64,000 nt of DNA from a virus, in IMG/VR virus record IMGVR_UViG_3300000216_000003, positions 42,481-106,480 of that record, one strand, 5' to 3'. The translations under genes were made by a program, and so were the position numbers. Numbering within the stretch: position 1 is the first letter of the stretch; every line of letters starts with the position of its first letter. The notes under the pieces are model-generated. The model was not told the origin of the DNA and did not search any database. It was given only the letters and a program-made list of their open reading frames with translations. Shown one piece after another: positions 50,190 through 60,774 of the stretch.

Positions 50190-51512
50190 ATGTTAAAAAA
50201 TAATTACATCCATACTGGTTCCCCTAACCTCAACCAGGCTTTTACTCAAAATGTTTTCAATATTACTGGTACTTCATTAATTAGTTTAATTAGTGCTTTA
50301 AATAGTAATAGTTTTGGGTATGATACATTATTTAGATTTGATCAAAATATTAGAAAATTTAATGATCAATATTTAGGAACATCTATTAAGTTTAGAGACT
50401 CTGGTGGTTATTCCATTATTGTTGGAGATGTAAATCCTAATGATATTGGTAAATTTATTAATTGTTATGTTAAACATTTACAAGACAGTAGTGATACTTT
50501 TGATTATGTCTTTAGTTTGGATATTCCATTTTTTATTGGACAAGATAATTACAATACTGTTGAATATATTGAACGGCAAAATCGGGAATCATTATCCAGA
50601 ACTATTGAAGCAATACAAGATAATCCAGAATTAAAAGATAAGATGTTATTTGTTCATCAGTTTAAAATGCATAATCAACATGCTATATGGCAGCGATTAT
50701 ATAAAGAGTTAGAGATCCCCAAATATTTTAATCATCAGGCAATTGGGGGGATGGTGGGTTTGATTGGGTTTACAAAGATTAATTTCGCACCTTTCCTAGG
50801 TCCAATTTTTATGACATTATATAATTATATTAACAATGATGAACGGCCAGATACTATGTATGTGCATTTATTGGGTGTGTATCATGGATTTAGTAGATTT
50901 ATGATATTCTTTATTCAGAAATTATTCAATCATTATATATCTGAAGGAAAGTATGGGAAAGAATGTTATATTAGTTATGATACTATTAATTATTTCTTAA
51001 GTGCCCAATATAAAGCTAGAGATGGTGCGCTATACTTCAATTATGAAAATCAAGAGATGGAGGCACATACCAAAGTATCAAGTATACCTCGACATGTTCT
51101 TGAAGATGTTTATCAAAGTGATAATGAATTACAAATTGTTGATGAAAATATAACGGCAATTCAGAATGGTAATAAGTTAACAGATGTTAACTATGCAGTT
51201 CCTATGTATATTAAATCTCAGTTAAATTTAGATGATTTTTATAGTGATATTATAGATAAATTTAAAATGGTTGAAATATTTACAGATGCACCAAATATAC
51301 GCAATCTAAGAAATAAATTTAATCCAATATTAACAGGGCTTAAAGGAAAATATAGCTTTATAACTAGTTCATTTGCAAATCAAGTAATGGATAGTATTTT
51401 AATATCTTATCAATTTCATCATTGGTATATGAAAGATAAGACAGAAGCAAAACTAGAAGATTTACTTACTAGATTTAATAATAAGATTAATTTTCCGGTT
51501 GACTTGACATGA
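50190..51512 (+). CDS. tRNA-guanine transglycosylase-fold protein (DpdA/TGT-like)
   Basis: DSGGY, SLDIP, AIGG, HLLGV, SYD in TGT order. Confidence 0.7.
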   Translation: MLKNNYIHTGSPNLNQAFTQNVFNITGTSLISLISALNSNSFGYDTLFRFDQNIRKFNDQYLGTSIKFRDSGGYSIIVGDVNPNDIGKFINCYVKHLQDSSDTFDYVFSLDIPFFIGQDNYNTVEYIERQNRESLSRTIEAIQDNPELKDKMLFVHQFKMHNQHAIWQRLYKELEIPKYFNHQAIGGMVGLIGFTKINFAPFLGPIFMTLYNYINNDERPDTMYVHLLGVYHGFSRFMIFFIQKLFNHYISEGKYGKECYISYDTINYFLSAQYKARDGALYFNYENQEMEAHTKVSSIPRHVLEDVYQSDNELQIVDENITAIQNGNKLTDVNYAVPMYIKSQLNLDDFYSDIIDKFKMVEIFTDAPNIRNLRNKFNPILTGLKGKYSFITSSFANQVMDSILISYQFHHWYMKDKTEAKLEDLLTRFNNKINFPVDLT

Positions 51513-52380
51513 GAAAGCCAGATGTAAACTATGGATATAGAATCGGTGTATTAGATGATAAAAATTGTTTATTATATGGTACTACTGAAGATTTAAAAAT
51601 TACAAAAGAAATGGCTCAGACTCGGCTATTTAAAAATTATAAATTTGAAAATTTTTTATATATAGATTGTACTAAATATGAAATAGAAGATAATTTTAAA
51701 ATTAGCCCGGGAAAATATACTAAAATAAGTAAACAATTCGCAATTCCAGATTCCTCTATAATTGTTGAATTATATTCGGAATTACATATACCAACTAATA
51801 TAGATTTAAATACATTTGAATCATATTTCGAATCTAGAATTCAAACACTATGGAACACATATTCAAGTTTAAAGAAATTAGATATTGAGAAATGGAAAAA
51901 AGTATGTGCACATTTCTTTATCTATGAGAATAAATACACATATTTTAAACTAACTCCTTCATCTGTAAAAAGATTATATACTCTGCTTAATACATTTAAA
52001 GAAAACAATAACCCAAATCATAAAGATATATCTGAAAAAACTACTGAATTACATAATTTATTATTAAATATACAATCTAAAATACCAAATATAGTTAAAG
52101 ATGATAATCCATGGGTATTAAGTGATAATAAAAATATCCCAGCGCCGATATATTATAATATGACATTAGATGGGGTTTTTTCACAGTTACCAATAAGTTT
52201 AAAAATAGTAGTGGGCAAATTACCCCATTAAAAGCATATTACAGAGTTGGTGACATTCGTAAATATATAGAACCTAAACAAATGATTAATACTACACAAT
52301 TTGTTTCGTTTCTTATTAATCAGAATTTATATACGAAAGTTATTAATAGACTAACAAAGGAATTATTGAAAATTACATGA
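51509..52380 (+). pseudogene. Frameshifted hypothetical gene (0 frame stops at 52231; -1 frame continues to 52380)
   Basis: -1 frame open from about 52159 to a TGA overlapping the next ATG; ends INRLTKELLKIT; GGGGTTTTTT at 52172-52181. Confidence 0.6.
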
Positions 52381-53243
52381 TTTATCCCCACTTAGGGCTT
52401 TTTTGTTTAATAGAAAAGCAAAAAGTAAAAGTGTTCTATTCGATTCCAGGATTTCACACTTCGTTATCAGATATCAAGAAGATAACGAAGTGTGAGGATC
52501 TCACTGAATATTCGACTAGTGATTTAAATGTGTTAATACCCAAGTATATGACCTTTAAATTAACAAATAAACAGCTAAATATTAATTATAGTTTTTATAT
52601 TAAAAACTCAAATGTATTAATTAAATTTGATAAAGTATTTAGCATTAGCAAACTAAAATTCGGAGAAGCCGAATCTTTTATTTCTAAACAGATTTCAAAT
52701 CTAAAAAAAATTAGAAAACAATTAAATGCTATTTCAAACTGGTTAGATATTATTAAATTCATTTCAAATAAAGATAATGATATATATACTATATTTGATT
52801 TATCATATAATAGAATGCCTCATTTCTTAAAATTCATAGATAATTGTCATATTAATAAATTTAAAAAATATTATGATATTGATAGTAATGAATGTTCTGA
52901 TGAGTTTAAAAAAGAGTCTGAAGAATGTGTTACTCTTATATATAAATTAATGGATCGTATTATGGAGTCAACTGAAATATCTTTTAGTGGTTATGGGGGT
53001 ATTGCTTTTTATATAGAAAAAACTCGGAATAACGGAATAATACGTTCTCATTTTAAAAAGGCATGGGCAACAGCTGAAGATGCCTCTTTTGGATATAAGC
53101 CTATTAGCCAATCTACTGAAGAATTTACACATGAATATAACTTACCCAGAGAAATATATAAATATCTAGCTTATTATAAAATGATAGGAAGTTTAGATAA
53201 ATTTAAACATAAACTACAACAGGAAATCTTAAAACTAATATGA
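52377..53243 (+). CDS. Hypothetical protein
   Basis: 288 aa; tail KHKLQQEILKLI. Confidence 0.75.
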   Translation: MIYPHLGLFCLIEKQKVKVFYSIPGFHTSLSDIKKITKCEDLTEYSTSDLNVLIPKYMTFKLTNKQLNINYSFYIKNSNVLIKFDKVFSISKLKFGEAESFISKQISNLKKIRKQLNAISNWLDIIKFISNKDNDIYTIFDLSYNRMPHFLKFIDNCHINKFKKYYDIDSNECSDEFKKESEECVTLIYKLMDRIMESTEISFSGYGGIAFYIEKTRNNGIIRSHFKKAWATAEDASFGYKPISQSTEEFTHEYNLPREIYKYLAYYKMIGSLDKFKHKLQQEILKLI

Positions 53244-53500
53244 ACTATGTATCATGTCCAGGATGTAAGAGTTTCTTTACCAGAGAACAAAACCATATGG
53301 AAGGTGGGCTCTGTATTGTATGTGGAGATAAACCTAAGCCAATTCCATTATATGAAGCAGATGAAATTATGAGAAATAGATATTATAAATGTCGTAATTG
53401 TAATAGTTATTTTGATTTTCATAATAGACACATACGACAAGATAGATGTCCAATTGATAGTCATAAAATGTCAGTAGTATCCAGAATTGATGGATATTAA
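53240..53500 (+). CDS. Double zinc-ribbon protein
   Basis: CPGC, CIVC, CRNC. Confidence 0.7.
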   Translation: MNYVSCPGCKSFFTREQNHMEGGLCIVCGDKPKPIPLYEADEIMRNRYYKCRNCNSYFDFHNRHIRQDRCPIDSHKMSVVSRIDGY

Positions 53501-53503
53501 AAA

Positions 53504-54658
53504 ATGTCTCCCATATTATCCCAAGAAGAGGTAATTTATAGATGTAAACAAGTTCATGGTGATAAATATGATTATAGTAAAGTAGTTTATAAAGGTAGCC
53601 ATAAAAAACTAATAATTATATGTAGAATACATGGAGAGTTTCAACAAACATATAATAAACACTTCTATAGCAAAACTGGTTGTTACTATTGTGGGAAAGA
53701 AAAATCTTCTAAATATCGTACCCTATCACAAGATGTTGCAATAGCACAATGTAAAGATATTCATGGTGATAAATATGATTATAGTAAATCAATTTATAAA
53801 GATTCTGCTTATCGGAAAATAATTATAATATGTAAAATACATGGAGAGTTCACACAAACACATGCTAGCCATATTAAAGGTTCTGGTTGCCCATTATGCG
53901 CAAAAAATCAACATGGAAAAATATTAATATTGACTCAAGAAGAAGTAATTAAACGATGTATTAATACACATGGTAATAAATATGATTATAGTAAATCAGT
54001 TTATAAAGATTCGCATACAAAAATGAGTATTGGATGTTTAATTAATCCAGAACATGGGGTATTTAAGCAAACATATGCTAATCATATACCTAATGGAGGG
54101 TGTCCTAAATGTGGTTACGAAAAGACCAGAAGTGCTTTAGCTTTATCTCAGAAAGATGTGATCTACAGATGTCGACAAGTTCATGGTGATAAATATGACT
54201 ATAGTAATGTTAAATATATTAATGCTCATACGAAAATAAAAATTCAATGTTTAGTTAATTTAAACCATGGCAATTTTTATCAAACATATGCCAGTCATAT
54301 TAATGGTGCTGGTTGTCCTATATGTGGAACAGAAAATAATCCAGGGGTATATACTTATTCATTATTAGAAAATAACCTAGAACTAAAAAATAAACCGGCT
54401 ATTTACTATATGTTTTTACTTAGTAATAAGAATGAGAAATTTATTAAGAAAGGTATTACTATTCAAAATTCATCTAAAAATAGAAGTTATTCTATTCCAT
54501 ATACAGTAGAAATTTTAAAAGAAGAGTATATGAGTCTATATGACGCATTTTGTAAAGAGCAAGAGGAAAAAGAAAAATATAAACATTTAAAATATGAACC
54601 TATTATTCATTTTGGTGGGCATACTGAATGTTTTACATTAGAAATATTACAACAGTAA
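53504..54658 (+). CDS. Putative homing endonuclease with four zinc-binding HGDKYDYS repeats and a GIY-YIG-like C-terminus
   Basis: Four C..(V/I/T)HG(D/N)KYDYS...C..HG.F.QT...GCxxC repeats; IYYMF..FIKKGIT; FGGHTECF. Confidence 0.75.
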   Translation: MSPILSQEEVIYRCKQVHGDKYDYSKVVYKGSHKKLIIICRIHGEFQQTYNKHFYSKTGCYYCGKEKSSKYRTLSQDVAIAQCKDIHGDKYDYSKSIYKDSAYRKIIIICKIHGEFTQTHASHIKGSGCPLCAKNQHGKILILTQEEVIKRCINTHGNKYDYSKSVYKDSHTKMSIGCLINPEHGVFKQTYANHIPNGGCPKCGYEKTRSALALSQKDVIYRCRQVHGDKYDYSNVKYINAHTKIKIQCLVNLNHGNFYQTYASHINGAGCPICGTENNPGVYTYSLLENNLELKNKPAIYYMFLLSNKNEKFIKKGITIQNSSKNRSYSIPYTVEILKEEYMSLYDAFCKEQEEKEKYKHLKYEPIIHFGGHTECFTLEILQQ

Positions 54659-54671
54659 ATAGGACTTAATT

Positions 54672-55949
54672 ATGCAGTTACAATTATTAGATGTAAATCG
54701 TTTTATTGATAATAAAGGACTACAAGAGGTCACTTCTACAAAGCCTCCTAGTGCCCATGGTTTTGAACTAGGATCATTATGGGATCCTCAAATTTTTGGA
54801 CAAGTTGGTAGTTTTGATAGACGTAGTAGGTTTGCATATATAAATCTAAAGACTAAATTAATACATCCACAAGCATACTCTATTCTTAAATCTACTTCTG
54901 AATCTATTAATAAAATTATGAGTCAGAAAGCGGCATATGTTGTTCAGAATAAAAAATATATTGAAGATGAAACAGGAGAAACTGGATTATCTTTCCTAAT
55001 TAGAACTCTCAATGATGTAGATATAACTACAATTGCAAAAAAAGATAAGATAGCTGATGCTGAGTTTCTACAAAAAAATAAAAGATTAATTCTTGTTGAT
55101 AAGTGGGTAGTAATGCCAGCTGGATCTAGAGATATTGATATTAGTAGGAAAAATGCCCAGGCGACAATGTCTGAAGTAAATGAATTCTATAAGCGACTCA
55201 TATACCTTAGTGGGGAAATCAGTGGTGAAGAAAGCTATGACGCTATTATTATAGATAAACTTCAAAAAACTCTTCAACAAATTATATCATGGGTAAAAGA
55301 TTCCCTTAAGGGTAAGAAAGGTGTATTTAGATCTAATATGCTAAAGAAAACGTTAGATTACTCTACTCGCCTAGTATTAACATCGTCCCCTGGTGTAAAT
55401 CTGGGGGAGATTGGTCTTCCTTGGTCTACTCTGGTCTTGATATATGAGCCTATTATATCTCATTATGTGTTTAAAGATGATTCTGATATTTTACCCGATA
55501 TCAAGAAATCTATGAATAATGAAAATAATATAGACTATCATGACCTTCATAAATTTTTAGAAAGTGTTAATAAAAATCCAGATTTGATTGATATTGACCT
55601 TAAAACTAAATTAATTAATATTGTGAATATTATTATTAAAGATGCACAAGTTATTTGTAAACGTGATCCTGCAGCCTCACGGGATAGTTGGTTTGCAGCG
55701 AAACCAATCATTACAGATGGTCGGGTAGCGGTTGTTAGTTCACTTGATTTGAAGCCTATTGGAGGTGATTGTGATGGAGACACTTTAGAAATTTTACCTC
55801 TATTTACAGAAGAAGCGAAAGAGCAAGCTAAGAAAACTATGAATCCCCAACATTCAAAATCCAAATGGAATAATACTATCAATTCAGGAAGATCTACATA
55901 TTCTATTAATGATGACGCAGTCTCTACTATTTTTGCAACTACAATGTAA
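54672..55949 (+). CDS. rpoC: Second RNA polymerase beta'-like subunit, N-terminal/catalytic part
   Basis: L.DPQIFG, RFAYINL, V.P...R, LKGKKGVFRSNML.KTLDYSTR, KRDP, GGDCDGD. Confidence 0.88.
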   Translation: MQLQLLDVNRFIDNKGLQEVTSTKPPSAHGFELGSLWDPQIFGQVGSFDRRSRFAYINLKTKLIHPQAYSILKSTSESINKIMSQKAAYVVQNKKYIEDETGETGLSFLIRTLNDVDITTIAKKDKIADAEFLQKNKRLILVDKWVVMPAGSRDIDISRKNAQATMSEVNEFYKRLIYLSGEISGEESYDAIIIDKLQKTLQQIISWVKDSLKGKKGVFRSNMLKKTLDYSTRLVLTSSPGVNLGEIGLPWSTLVLIYEPIISHYVFKDDSDILPDIKKSMNNENNIDYHDLHKFLESVNKNPDLIDIDLKTKLINIVNIIIKDAQVICKRDPAASRDSWFAAKPIITDGRVAVVSSLDLKPIGGDCDGDTLEILPLFTEEAKEQAKKTMNPQHSKSKWNNTINSGRSTYSINDDAVSTIFATTM

Positions 55950-55961
55950 TATAGGTTATAT

Positions 55962-57830
55962 ATGAAACAGGAAAAGATAGAAGAATTATATGGATTAACT
56001 AATAATTCAACTTTTAATTCAAATACTGGGCAAGTTAAATTTGGAAAACTTGATCATGGATTCCAGTCAAGTGGATATACAAATAAAAGTAGTGGGATGA
56101 CTCGTAATTTAAATCTCGGAAAAATAAAATATTCGAATGCACCATGGCAAGATAATATTGCTATTAATATACTTAAAAAAAGAGATACGTTTGTTGTAAT
56201 TCCACCTGCCGGAGGAAAAACTGGGCCAGTATTAGATGCCTGGTTAAGTTCTTTTAAAGCATCATTAGGAGGAACTACAAAATTAAATCCAAGTCATAAG
56301 GATTTCTTTAGAGTATTATTTTGTGCTCCTACTAAACAATTAGCAGCCCAATTGGCACACCAAGATTTTAAACCTAAACTATTTGAATTAATAACAACAA
56401 ATCAGGATTTTAAAAATTTAGTTTTAAATACAACAAATATGCACGGCTCTACCGGAAATAATACACCATTAACAGCTAAAGAGCTGCCTGTAATTTATGA
56501 TTTTATTAGAGATATTTGCGATGATATTGTAGGTAGTGATGATAAAAATAGCCATAAGTTAAGATCCAAAAATTTTGGAAATACCATTAAGCCTATATTA
56601 TGCTGTACTTATGAATCAACTGCTAGAATATTAGCATCTCATGGTAATATGATCAACTTGGTAGTTATTGATGAAGTACAAAATACAATACCTCTACCAG
56701 AGACGACATTAATAAAACCAGAAGATTATAAAAAATATGAAGCATATAATAGAATAATTATGACGGCTAAAAAGTCTGGGGCAACTACTGTATTAATGAC
56801 TGGATCTATGAATAAAGGAACAGTTGATGAATTAGCAGAATTTTTCGATTCATCATATGGAACTAACTTTTCAAAAAATAAAATTTTTGCTTTTAATACT
56901 CCCGGCGATGAAGCGAAGAATAGAGGAGATGTTATAGTCGCTCCTATTGAAAGTATGAAACATAGAGATAGTAAATTAAAAATAATACAGAATATTGTTA
57001 ATTCTAAACAAAAGAACAGTGCCATGATCTTATTTGGAATGAGAATGTCTTCTACACAAGGAATTTTTCCATTATTAACTGATGTTATTCCAAAACTCCC
57101 TCCAAGAGATCCTAAATCATTATTCAGTGATGCTAATATTACTATGTCTGATTTTGAAAAAGATCCACATAATAAACCTATGACATTCGATAGACTTAAT
57201 AGTATAGAAGATCCAGATACAAATTTCGTTAGCCAAAATAGAATGAACCCTCTTCCTGTTAAAGGTGTAAGACGAAATCCAGCTAAAACAGATATTGAGG
57301 AACTATTATACTTTAACTTACAGGGAGTTGAAGGACATGATGGTAAAGAAAGCGACGGAGGAAACTTACTAAGAAGGGCAGATCCGAATAATCTATTATA
57401 TCAGTCTGTTTTAAGAGGAATTGGTTTTATTGTTGGTGGAATGGCGCAATCACAAAAAGTGGTTATTCAAAAATTATTCAGAAGTGGGAAGATATACTTA
57501 CTACTAGCAACCGACTCTGTTGGTATTGGTGCTAATTTAACAGTTAAACATTTATATATCCCATCTACTATTAAACCCCCACATTTTACTAAAATAGATA
57601 CTTCTTCACTTGTTCAATTAGTCAATAGAGCCGGTCGCAAAGCCGATATGCCGGGTACTATTTATGTCCCTCTTGAAGATTATGAACATACTAAAATGAT
57701 GTTTGATAGTAATCCAGCAGAAAGTGTTGGAAGAGTTTCTGCTATACCAATGGGTTCATTTAAAAAAGCAAGAGTATATATGGGTCTAAGTCGGTTATCT
57801 CATATTGCTTGGCAAATATTTTCTAAATAG
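55962..57830 (+). CDS. SF2 (Ski2-like DExx) helicase
   Basis: PPAGGKT, APTKQLA, DEVQ, MTGS, ATDSVGIGAN, QLVNRAGR. Confidence 0.9.
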   Translation: MKQEKIEELYGLTNNSTFNSNTGQVKFGKLDHGFQSSGYTNKSSGMTRNLNLGKIKYSNAPWQDNIAINILKKRDTFVVIPPAGGKTGPVLDAWLSSFKASLGGTTKLNPSHKDFFRVLFCAPTKQLAAQLAHQDFKPKLFELITTNQDFKNLVLNTTNMHGSTGNNTPLTAKELPVIYDFIRDICDDIVGSDDKNSHKLRSKNFGNTIKPILCCTYESTARILASHGNMINLVVIDEVQNTIPLPETTLIKPEDYKKYEAYNRIIMTAKKSGATTVLMTGSMNKGTVDELAEFFDSSYGTNFSKNKIFAFNTPGDEAKNRGDVIVAPIESMKHRDSKLKIIQNIVNSKQKNSAMILFGMRMSSTQGIFPLLTDVIPKLPPRDPKSLFSDANITMSDFEKDPHNKPMTFDRLNSIEDPDTNFVSQNRMNPLPVKGVRRNPAKTDIEELLYFNLQGVEGHDGKESDGGNLLRRADPNNLLYQSVLRGIGFIVGGMAQSQKVVIQKLFRSGKIYLLLATDSVGIGANLTVKHLYIPSTIKPPHFTKIDTSSLVQLVNRAGRKADMPGTIYVPLEDYEHTKMMFDSNPAESVGRVSAIPMGSFKKARVYMGLSRLSHIAWQIFSK

Positions 57831-57839
57831 GTAAATGAT

Positions 57840-58940
57840 ATGACATTAACAACATTAGAAGAAGTATATGAAGAATTAAAAAAAGAAGAAGTTACTATTA
57901 ATTCTATCTATTCCTTTAGCCATCCTAAAAAGACTAAAGGAAAATCAAATAACATGAAGATTGGTAGAATATGGTTTAATATATTATTACCAGATAATTT
58001 TCGATTAATAGATGAAGCTGTCAATAAACAAGTATTAGGCGATATTATTTCTGAAATAGGAAAGAAGTATGAGCCAATGGAAGCCTCTAGAGTTGTATCA
58101 TTAATAAATAAAGAAGCTTTTAAAATGTCTAGTATTAATCCTGTTAGTTTTAGTGCGACAGCTTTTATCTTACCAGAACATATAAAAAAGAAGAAAGAAG
58201 AGATTGTATCGAAAGAACTGGATGCAGTTGAATTTAATGTTCAAATATTAAAATTGGTAAATGAATTAATAGATCATATGAAAGATAATGACGAAGGATT
58301 ATATAAATTCATAATGTCTAAAGCTAGTGGTAAAGCAAGACCTCAAGATATTGCTCTATTATTACTTGCTAAAGGGGCCGCAGTAGATATTGAGAATATC
58401 ACATCTCCAGTTTCTACAAATAGTGTTACTGATGGATTTACTCTTAAAGAGTTTTATAATAATGCGGCTGAGGCTAGAGGAGCACTATTTATTAGATCTT
58501 CTGGTGCCGCCGAACCGGGAGCATTGGCTAGAGATGTAGTATATGCTAATTCAAATACTATGATTGAAGGTGATGACTGTAAGACAAAAAAATATTTAAA
58601 TGTAGTAGTGACAGCCTCTATTGCTAATACAATTAAAAATAGATATTATATTAATCCCAAAACAAATGCATTAGATACTATTAAAGACCCCTCAAAATTA
58701 ATTGGAAAAACTATACAACTAAGATCCCCATTATACTGCAAACAAAAAAATAATAACATATGTAAAATATGTTATGGTGAACTTAGTAAAAACATCGATA
58801 CTAAATACATCGGGGTTCTTACCTCAGCTATTATTAATACTGAAGGATTAGAGGGTTACGCTATGGCTGCCCGACATTCGGCTAGTCGAGTAAGTAAACA
58901 AAAGACAGATTTTAATAAAGATATGATACAGTTGGTGTAA
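57840..58940 (+). CDS. rpoC: Second RNA polymerase beta'-like subunit, middle part
   Basis: IGRIWFN, DGFTLKEFY....ARG, PGALAR, DDC, LRSPLYC, ICKICYG. Confidence 0.85.
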   Translation: MTLTTLEEVYEELKKEEVTINSIYSFSHPKKTKGKSNNMKIGRIWFNILLPDNFRLIDEAVNKQVLGDIISEIGKKYEPMEASRVVSLINKEAFKMSSINPVSFSATAFILPEHIKKKKEEIVSKELDAVEFNVQILKLVNELIDHMKDNDEGLYKFIMSKASGKARPQDIALLLLAKGAAVDIENITSPVSTNSVTDGFTLKEFYNNAAEARGALFIRSSGAAEPGALARDVVYANSNTMIEGDDCKTKKYLNVVVTASIANTIKNRYYINPKTNALDTIKDPSKLIGKTIQLRSPLYCKQKNNNICKICYGELSKNIDTKYIGVLTSAIINTEGLEGYAMAARHSASRVSKQKTDFNKDMIQLV

Positions 58941-59002
58941 TTGATTATTATATATAGATATTATAATCTATAGAACCGTCAATAAATAGGAGAACTAATA
59001 CT

Positions 59003-59847
59003 TTGCTTAATCCATTTCAAATTGTTTCAGAAGAGAAGAATCCACCTGAAAATGATGGGTTCTTCCACTTCTTATTGGAACATACTGGATATACACCAGA
59101 ACAAGGCTATCGATTAAAAGATGGTCACCTCACAGATAGTGGGGACTTTAATTGCACAGTTGAACATGTATTACAAAATAATAAAATTCAAATTTATCTA
59201 TCTTCAGATTCGATTATTAAGATAATTGAAAATGGTTAGATAATACATTCACGGGAGCAGAATTAATGATCGAACAACTATTTCAAATGCCATCTATGGA
59301 AAAGCAAGAAAATGGCGATTACACATATCCAACTAAATATACAAATAAACTATTTAAATCTGGGGATACACTTGTATTCTTTAATCTAAATTCAACAACT
59401 GAATACCCAATTGGATTATATAATTCTGTTTCTGAAGCAATTAAAAAAGACATACTAGACTCTCAACAAGAAGAATTATCAAGTATCGACGCATCTATTA
59501 ATACATTAACATCTGATTTTGAAGACGTTGCTTCTGACACAAAAGATTTTAATTCATCAATATCTAAATTAAGAAATGATCTAAGTGTAGTACAGAAAAA
59601 TCTAGATAGAGTAGAAAGTACTCTTACTCATGTTCAATCGAAAGAAGAAATTCAAGAGGTTATTAGAACTGAAATGGCGGCCGTAAAAGATAATTTTGAT
59701 AGTGTAATGAAAGAAGCGATTAAGAAAGAAGCTGAAAAACTCTTAGCTGATTCAAAAAAAGTCGATCCTATGACTATTCTAATGATGACGAAGCAAGGAA
59801 TGGATATGAAAGATGTGATTGATTTAGCTAAGTCTGGGGTATTGTGA
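59003..59847 (+). other. Two hypothetical genes (59003-59239; 59266-59847 coiled coil)
   Basis: Promoter 58953; SD sequences. Confidence 0.65.
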
Positions 59848-60433
59848 TATTAGAACAGTTTCAAAATACTTGTCATTTTATAATGATGAATCCACATCCT
59901 ATTGATAATAATGAAATACATATTCCATTATCGGATAAATATGATTTAAAATTAAGCACTCTATATATGAGAGGTGGAGCTGTCCCGTTTCCTTATATTA
60001 GATATTGGAATAGATATAGGAAACTATATCAAGTGTTTAATATTCATGGGTATGTGGATATTTATAATTGGTTAATAGAGAAAGAGTTACTAACTCCATC
60101 TCTTACAAATGAGTTAGTAAAATACAAACTGGAGAGGTTATGACTCAGTTTGAATTTCAGGAAGTATGTGATTTTATATTCACAAAGATTAAATATCCAA
60201 AACATATGATTATTCCTTTAAATGAAAAACATGCTATATATGTCGATTCTGCACATTCTACTATGTGGGGCACTTATCCAGCTGTTTGTATTAAAGAGAT
60301 TTTAACCCAAATATGTATAGAAGATACTACTACTGGATGCTATCAGAGTGTTTATGGATATATATTAGATAATGCTGATAAAATAAATGACATATATAAT
60401 GAGTTGTTAAAAAAGAAATTGGAGTTATCATGA
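59844..60433 (+). other. Two paralogs (59844-60143, 60140-60433) of the F..C.FI...IPL family
   Basis: Tails NELVKYKLERL and NELLKKKLELS; third member at 60771-61055. Confidence 0.75.
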
Positions 60434-60774
60434 AAACTATTATAGCTGGAAGTCGTACAATTACTAATCTTGGTACTATATATAAAGCAGTAAATGGTGC
60501 CGGATGGTTTATTACTGAAGTTGTTAGTGGTATGGCTAAAGGTGTCGATTCTCTTGGTGAGCGATGGGCAAGAGAAAATGGTGTACTTGTACGTCAATTT
60601 CCTGCTAATTGGGATCACTATGGTCGGAAAGCAGGGCCAATTAGGAATAGTCAAATGGCGGACTATTCTGATGCTTTAATCGCAGTATGGGATGGTAAAA
60701 GTAGAGGTACTAAACATATGATCTATGATGCTAAAAATAAAGGGTTGAAAACATTTGTATATAGAACACTATGA
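60430..60774 (+). CDS. SLOG-superfamily (YspA/DUF2493-like) protein
   Basis: IIAGSR, VVSG.AKGVD, AGPIRNSQM, WDGKSRGT.HMI. Confidence 0.85.
   Translation: MKTIIAGSRTITNLGTIYKAVNGAGWFITEVVSGMAKGVDSLGERWARENGVLVRQFPANWDHYGRKAGPIRNSQMADYSDALIAVWDGKSRGTKHMIYDAKNKGLKTFVYRTL

Noticed and set aside
53540-54330. Four catgg(t)gataaatatga(t/c)tatagtaa-type repeats
   Set aside because: Protein-domain repeats (HGDKYDYS) about 200 nt apart, not a spacer array
1858-60679. Many antisense or off-frame ORFs in the track (e.g. 4956..5366+, 26696..27010-, 36344..36742-, 55547..55882-)
   Set aside because: They overlap well-supported genes and show no motif or promoter support
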